The notes beneath the pieces are model-generated. The model searched no databases and was not told the origin of the DNA. It worked only from the letters and a program-made list of their open reading frames with translations. Below, piece by piece: positions 59,594-64,000 of a stretch of 64,000 bases of DNA; position 1 is the stretch's first letter, and every line of letters starts with the position of its first letter. This stretch comes from an uncultured Gemmatimonadota bacterium (lineage in GTDB: Bacteria > Gemmatimonadota > CAZMKB01), in the NCBI GenBank assembly GCA_964654825.1, contig CAZZKG010000014.1, positions 1,416 to 65,415 of the forward strand, given 5' to 3'. A program made the position numbers and the translations under genes.

Positions 59594-60556
59594 ATGTGGA
59601 ATAGAAAGTTCATTGCAGTATGTCTGGCAGGAGTATTCCTGTTGGGTGCCTGTGGAGACAGGGAAGGCAGGCAGCAAAATAAGCAAGCATCGGGATCATC
59701 AGAGGCCCCGTCCTCGAGACCGATCAGAGTAGTCACTACAATCGGCATGATCACCGATATCGTCCGGAACATCGGTGGAGAACATGTGGAAGTGACAGGG
59801 CTCATGGGACCGGGCATCGATCCGCATCTGTACAAGGCAAGCGAAGGAGATGTAACCCGAATGTCGGGAGCCGACCTCATTTTCTACAATGGACTGCATC
59901 TGGAAGGCAAGATGTCCGAGCTCCTGGAAAAAATTCAGGGCAGGGTGAAGACCGCGGCGGTTACCGACGGTGTGGAGAGATCTCTTCTCCTGGCACCTCC
60001 GGAGTTCAAAGGAGCGCATGATCCCCACGTGTGGTTCGCCGTGTCGCTCTGGCTCAAAGCCGCCCGCCGCGTCAGAGATGTTCTGGCTGAGTTCGATCCG
60101 GCCCACGCAGAGACGTACCGGGCTAACGCGGAGATCTACACAGCACGATTGGACAGCCTGCACACCTACGTGCGTGAACGGGCGAACGAGATTCCGGAGG
60201 AGCTGCGGGTTCTGGTCACCGCCCACGACGCATTCAACTATTTTGGGAGGGCCTACGGTTTCGAGGTCCGCGGCCTTCAGGGCATCAGCACATCATCAGA
60301 GGCCGGGACCGGTGATGTACAGTCCCTCGCTGATTTTATTGTCGAGAGAAGGATCCCGGCAATTTTCGTTGAGACCTCCGTTCCCCACCGCTACATCCAG
60401 GCACTCCAGGAGGCGGTAAGATCGCGGGGATTCGAGGTGAAAATCGGAGGCAGCCTTTACTCCGATGCGATGGGTGATCCGGGTACGCCTGAGGGCACCT
60501 ACATCGGCATGGTCCGCCACAACATCGACACGATCGTGGGAGCTCTCACGCGGTGA
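59594..60556 (+). CDS. Metal (Mn/Zn) ABC transporter substrate-binding lipoprotein (TroA/ZnuA/PsaA cluster A-I)
   Basis: Lipobox LLGAC; metal-ligand regions ...DPHLY... and ...HDPHVW...; no His-rich Zn loop, so Mn/Fe specificity is plausible. Confidence 0.85.
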   Translation: MWNRKFIAVCLAGVFLLGACGDREGRQQNKQASGSSEAPSSRPIRVVTTIGMITDIVRNIGGEHVEVTGLMGPGIDPHLYKASEGDVTRMSGADLIFYNGLHLEGKMSELLEKIQGRVKTAAVTDGVERSLLLAPPEFKGAHDPHVWFAVSLWLKAARRVRDVLAEFDPAHAETYRANAEIYTARLDSLHTYVRERANEIPEELRVLVTAHDAFNYFGRAYGFEVRGLQGISTSSEAGTGDVQSLADFIVERRIPAIFVETSVPHRYIQALQEAVRSRGFEVKIGGSLYSDAMGDPGTPEGTYIGMVRHNIDTIVGALTR

Positions 60557-60616
60557 CAAGGCGCCAGACCGTCAAGGTTCCGGCGTAAACGAGGAAGAAG
60601 AGGGTACGGCAACAAA

Positions 60617-61399
60617 ATGAAAGACGTAAAACCAGGTGAACAACGAGAGGATGAACTCGCCATCAAGGTAGAAGATCTCACGGTAGCCTACCGGGACAAA
60701 CCGGTTTTGTGGGACATCGATCTCGATATCCCGTCCGGCGTGCTTATGGCTATCATCGGCCCGAACGGTGCGGGGAAAACAACCCTCATCAAATCGATCA
60801 TGAATCTCATCCGGCCGGTCGCCGGCCACATATCGATATACGGCCGTCCCTATGACGAGCAGCGGGAGCTTGTAGGTTACGTACCACAGAGAAACAGTGT
60901 CGACTGGGACTTTCCGACAACCGTGCTGGATGTGGTGAAGATGGGACGCTACGGTGTAGTGGGATGGCTTCGGCGGCCCGGCCGCAAAGACAGTGCGCTG
61001 GCCATGCAGGCGATCGAGAAAGTCGGTATGGGGGAATTCGCAAACCGTCAGATCAGTCAGCTTTCGGGCGGACAGCAGCAGCGAGTTTTCCTGGCCCGTG
61101 CGCTTGCCCAGGACGCGTCTGTCTACCTCATGGACGAACCGTTCCAGGGTGTAGACGCAACGACCGAAAGAGCCATTGTGACACTATTGCAGGATCTCCG
61201 GGCGGCGGGTAAGACGGTGGCGGTCGTCCATCACGATCTGCAAACCGTCACCGAATACTTCGACTGGGTCACTCTGCTGAATGTCAGAGGTATCGCCAGC
61301 GGGCCGGCGGGTGAAGTGTTCACCGAAAAAAACCTTCGCCTCGCCTATGGGGGTCGGGTTGCGTATCTCGAGCACCATTCCCAAGGCACGGGACACTGA
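60617..61399 (+). CDS. Metal ABC transporter ATP-binding protein
   Basis: [35 protein letters not shown]. Confidence 0.85.
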   Translation: MKDVKPGEQREDELAIKVEDLTVAYRDKPVLWDIDLDIPSGVLMAIIGPNGAGKTTLIKSIMNLIRPVAGHISIYGRPYDEQRELVGYVPQRNSVDWDFPTTVLDVVKMGRYGVVGWLRRPGRKDSALAMQAIEKVGMGEFANRQISQLSGGQQQRVFLARALAQDASVYLMDEPFQGVDATTERAIVTLLQDLRAAGKTVAVVHHDLQTVTEYFDWVTLLNVRGIASGPAGEVFTEKNLRLAYGGRVAYLEHHSQGTGH

Positions 61400-61434
61400 T
61401 ATAACAGAAACGAAAGAAGAGGCACCGAGAAAAG

Positions 61435-62565
61435 ATGCTTGATCTGGTGCATGAACTGTTCAGCGACTATACACTTCGCACCGTGGCACTCGGTTCTGCG
61501 GTACTGGGGATTACCAGCGGCGCTCTTGGCTCGTATGCCGTGCTCAGAAAGCAGAGCCTCCTGGGCGATGCAATATCACACGCTGCTCTTCCCGGAATCG
61601 CCCTCGCCTATCTCCTCACAAGAAGCAAGACTCCGCTCGTGCTGGTCCTGGGGGCGATCGCGGCAGGCTGGATCGCGACTCTCGCCATCATGAACATCGT
61701 TCGGAACTCACGTGTAAAGTTCGAGAGCGCACTTGGACTGGTGCTTTCCGTCTTCTTCGGCTTCGGCCTCGTTCTTCTCACGCTGATTCAGAAACTGCCC
61801 GACTCGACACAGGCGGGCCTCGACAAGTTCCTCTTCGGTCAGGCCGCCACACTCATGGAGCGGGACGTGATTACGATGGGGACAATCGGTGTGATCACTC
61901 TCTCCCTGATGCTTGCTTTCTGGAAGGAATTCAAGCTCCTGTGTTTCGACGAGGAATTCGGCACGAGTCTCGGTTTCCCGATGAAAGCTCTCGATATCCT
62001 CCTCACCACCCTCCTCGTCATCGCCATCGTTCTCGGCCTCCAGACCGTCGGGGTGGTACTGATGAGCGCGATGGTCGTAGCGCCGGCAGCAGCCGCACGG
62101 CAGTGGACCGACAGAATGGGCATCATGGTCGGTACCGCCGCACTTTTCGGAGCTCTATCCGGGGTGAGCGGTTCTATTATCAGCAGCAGCACGGCGCACC
62201 TGCCTACCGGTCCAACGATTGTACTGTGCATTAGCGCTATCATCGTTATCTCCTTCTTCCTGGCTCCGAACCGGGGTATCGTGTGGAGCTGTGTGCGGGA
62301 ACGCAGCAACCGGAAGAAGCTGGAGATCGATGCCGTTCTGAGTGATCTGTATGTGCTCGCGATGCAGCACCGGGACATCGACCATGGTCATCCGGTGAAA
62401 GTCCTTCGTGCAATGAGCCTCGGCCACGGCGGTACCGACCGCAGCCTGAAAGAACTCGAAGAAAGGGGTCTCGCACAGCGTGTCGGCCCGGCGACATGGG
62501 CACTGACTCACCGAGGACTCGAAGAAGCAGAACGCCTCGCACGGGATCAGGGAGGGAACTCGTGA
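61435..62565 (+). CDS. Metal ABC transporter permease (ABC-3 family) with ~90-aa C-terminal DtxR/MntR-like winged-helix extension
   Basis: ABC-3 TM core up to ~residue 285, then ...VKVLRAMSLGHGGTDRSLKELEERGLAQRVGPATWALTHRGLEEAERLARD... . Confidence 0.8.
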   Translation: MLDLVHELFSDYTLRTVALGSAVLGITSGALGSYAVLRKQSLLGDAISHAALPGIALAYLLTRSKTPLVLVLGAIAAGWIATLAIMNIVRNSRVKFESALGLVLSVFFGFGLVLLTLIQKLPDSTQAGLDKFLFGQAATLMERDVITMGTIGVITLSLMLAFWKEFKLLCFDEEFGTSLGFPMKALDILLTTLLVIAIVLGLQTVGVVLMSAMVVAPAAAARQWTDRMGIMVGTAALFGALSGVSGSIISSSTAHLPTGPTIVLCISAIIVISFFLAPNRGIVWSCVRERSNRKKLEIDAVLSDLYVLAMQHRDIDHGHPVKVLRAMSLGHGGTDRSLKELEERGLAQRVGPATWALTHRGLEEAERLARDQGGNS

Positions 62566-63671
62566 CAATTCCGCAACTGGAGATCCAGCTCATCGCGGCC
62601 GTGGTCGCTGTGACCTGCGCGCTCCCGGGTGTGTTCCTTATCCTGCGCAGGATGGCCATGATGAGCGATGCCATCAGTCACGCGATTCTACTCGGGATCG
62701 TCCTGGCGTTCTTCATCACGAAAGATCTCTCTTCCCCCTTTCTCGTAATCGCAGCGACCCTGACGGGAGTTCTCACCGTGAGCCTGGTCGAGCTGGTGAA
62801 CCGTACGAAGCTCGTCAGGGAGGATGCTTCCATCGGGATCGTCTTCCCGGTCCTCTTCAGTATCGGCGTCATTCTAATTTCCCGGTACGCCGGCGACATC
62901 CACCTCGACACCGATGCGGTCCTCCTCGGTGAGCTCGCCTTCGCTCCGTTCAACAGGCTCGTAATACTTGGGTACGACATCGGACCTAAATCCCTCTACG
63001 TCATGGGCGGGATCCTTCTACTCAACCTGATATTTATCATTGTCTTTTTTAAAGAGCTGAAGATTGCGACGTTCGATGCCGGGTTGGCCGCGGCCCTCGG
63101 GTTTTCCCCCGGTATCATTCATTACTCTCTCATGACACTCGTTTCGATCACAGCGGTCGGCGCATTCGACGCTGTCGGATCGATTCTGGTGGTGGCCCTC
63201 ATGATTGCTCCACCGTCCGCTGCATACCTCCTGACCGATCGTTTGTCACGTATGATCTCCATCAGTGCAGGTGTCGGGGTCACGAGCGCCATAAGTGGAT
63301 ACTGGCTGGCACACATCCTCGATGCGTCGATCGCAGGGTCCATGGCCACCATGACGGGGGTGATCTTTTTCCTGACGTATCTCCTGGCGCCCGGGCGGGG
63401 GCTCATTTCCCTAATGCGTATGCGGAGCAGACAGAAGTGGGATTTCGCCGTCGTCATGCTCACGGTACATCTCTGCCACCACGAAGGGAAACCCGGCGAG
63501 GCGCACGAGCAGGAACTCGTGCACATTCATGAATTCCTTAAGTGGGAACCGGCATTCGCGGATCGTGTCGTACAACTGGCCCAACGACGAAATCTCATAA
63601 TGAGAGAGGACGACTCCCTTTCACTTACCGACCGGGGACGCGACACCGCTCAGGAGGCAATGGCGCAATAG
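62562..63671 (+). CDS. Second metal ABC transporter permease (ABC-3 family), also with a C-terminal wHTH-like extension; GTG start overlapping the upstream stop (GTGA)
   Basis: TM core, then ...HEQELVHIHEFLKWEPAFADRVVQLAQRRNLIMREDDSLSLTDRGRDTAQEAMAQ. Confidence 0.8.
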   Translation: MTIPQLEIQLIAAVVAVTCALPGVFLILRRMAMMSDAISHAILLGIVLAFFITKDLSSPFLVIAATLTGVLTVSLVELVNRTKLVREDASIGIVFPVLFSIGVILISRYAGDIHLDTDAVLLGELAFAPFNRLVILGYDIGPKSLYVMGGILLLNLIFIIVFFKELKIATFDAGLAAALGFSPGIIHYSLMTLVSITAVGAFDAVGSILVVALMIAPPSAAYLLTDRLSRMISISAGVGVTSAISGYWLAHILDASIAGSMATMTGVIFFLTYLLAPGRGLISLMRMRSRQKWDFAVVMLTVHLCHHEGKPGEAHEQELVHIHEFLKWEPAFADRVVQLAQRRNLIMREDDSLSLTDRGRDTAQEAMAQ

Positions 63672-63715
63672 ATCCAACCATGTCCTCTCCCACGGAACCG
63701 GAGTGGAATGTGGAA

Positions 63716-63745
63716 AAGCCCGGAAGCTTCCTCCCGGGCTTTTAT
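63716..63745 (+). terminator. Rho-independent terminator after the metal ABC operon
   Basis: Stem aagcccgg/ccgggctt (8 bp) with loop aagcttcctc, followed by TTTT. Confidence 0.55.
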
Positions 63746-63787
63746 CTATCTCATATTTCGGGGTGAATCCCGTTCCTCAACTCTCCC

Positions 63788-63925
63788 TTACATGCTCTGA
63801 CCGATGTAACTCATGAATACGGCCAGAGTCGAAGCGTAGAGTGCGACTACAACTGAAAGAGCCGCAAGGACCTTCCCGAAATCAAGAACTGCCATCGCTG
63901 CTGATTGTGTGTTTTTTGCGTTCAC
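63788..63925 (-). CDS. Possible small hydrophobic ORF (45 aa; VNAKNTQSAAMAVLDFGKVLAALSVVVALYASTLAVFMSYIGQSM) with AAAGGAGG RBS and GTG start
   Basis: Strong SD 6 nt upstream of the GTG; a single predicted TM helix. Below the ORF-track size cutoff. Confidence 0.25.
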   Translation of the reverse strand: MNAKNTQSAAMAVLDFGKVLAALSVVVALYASTLAVFMSYIGQSM

Positions 63926-64000
63926 GGTAAGCCTCCTTTTCAATCTCTATTTATCCTTCCAAACTTTTGTCACTTCTTACTACGTTGACAACTTCTTTTT

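Noticed and set aside
1-64000. CRISPR arrays, rRNA, tRNA, IS elements/transposases, integrase
   Set aside because: I found no regularly spaced short repeats, no rRNA/tRNA signatures in the intergenic regions I could inspect, and no transposase/integrase-like ORF. The only mobile-DNA hint is the integrase-less insertion at 44.8-46.7 kb.

Overview
This 64 kb window is a high-GC (~58-60 %) bacterial chromosomal segment. Three secreted proteins carry a T9SS-type C-terminal sorting domain ("NYPNPFNP...") and there is a PorX-like REC+PglZ regulator, so the organism probably belongs to the FCB/Bacteroidota-related radiation or a candidate phylum with a type IX secretion system. No rRNA, tRNA or CRISPR array was found.

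Gene content, left to right:
- a sensor histidine kinase, truncated by the window edge;
- a secreted M48 metallopeptidase fused to an Ada-like zinc ribbon;
- an orphan oppD-oppF ATPase pair;
- two T9SS cargo proteins (FG-GAP propeller; BNR/Asp-box);
- a glycine-cleavage operon, gcvH-gcvPA-[MBL hydrolase]-gcvPB-lplA;
- a deoxyhypusine-synthase-like gene and a DUF3108-like gene that abut (in part overlap) the minus-strand glycan genes;
- a ~17 kb exopolysaccharide/O-antigen-type locus (17.2-34.0 kb) split into two divergent operons. It encodes the initiating phosphotransferase, a Wzx flippase, many GT2/GT4 glycosyltransferases, acetyl-, pyruvyl- and methyl-transferases and a glycosidase-like protein, and it is headed by two tandem paralogous secreted proteins built from an unrecognised ~90-aa repeat (one with an OmpA C-terminus);
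- a T9SS SGNH hydrolase;
- a pentose-phosphate operon, tkt / tal-pgi fusion / gnd / zwf / glk / pgl;
- an AGCS alanine/glycine symporter whose 3' end is duplicated in diverged form around a ~1.9 kb lower-GC insertion carrying a single HEAT-repeat + PRiA4-ORF3-like + Cys-rich gene;
- a secreted S8 subtilase;
- a PorX-like regulator next to an LPS-core-type locus (GT9, GT4, GT2, O-antigen ligase);
- msrA;
- a Mn/Zn ABC importer whose two permeases both carry C-terminal DtxR-like winged-helix extensions.

Coordinates follow the supplied ORF track. My manual counting of the printed sequence occasionally differed from the track by 1 nt.
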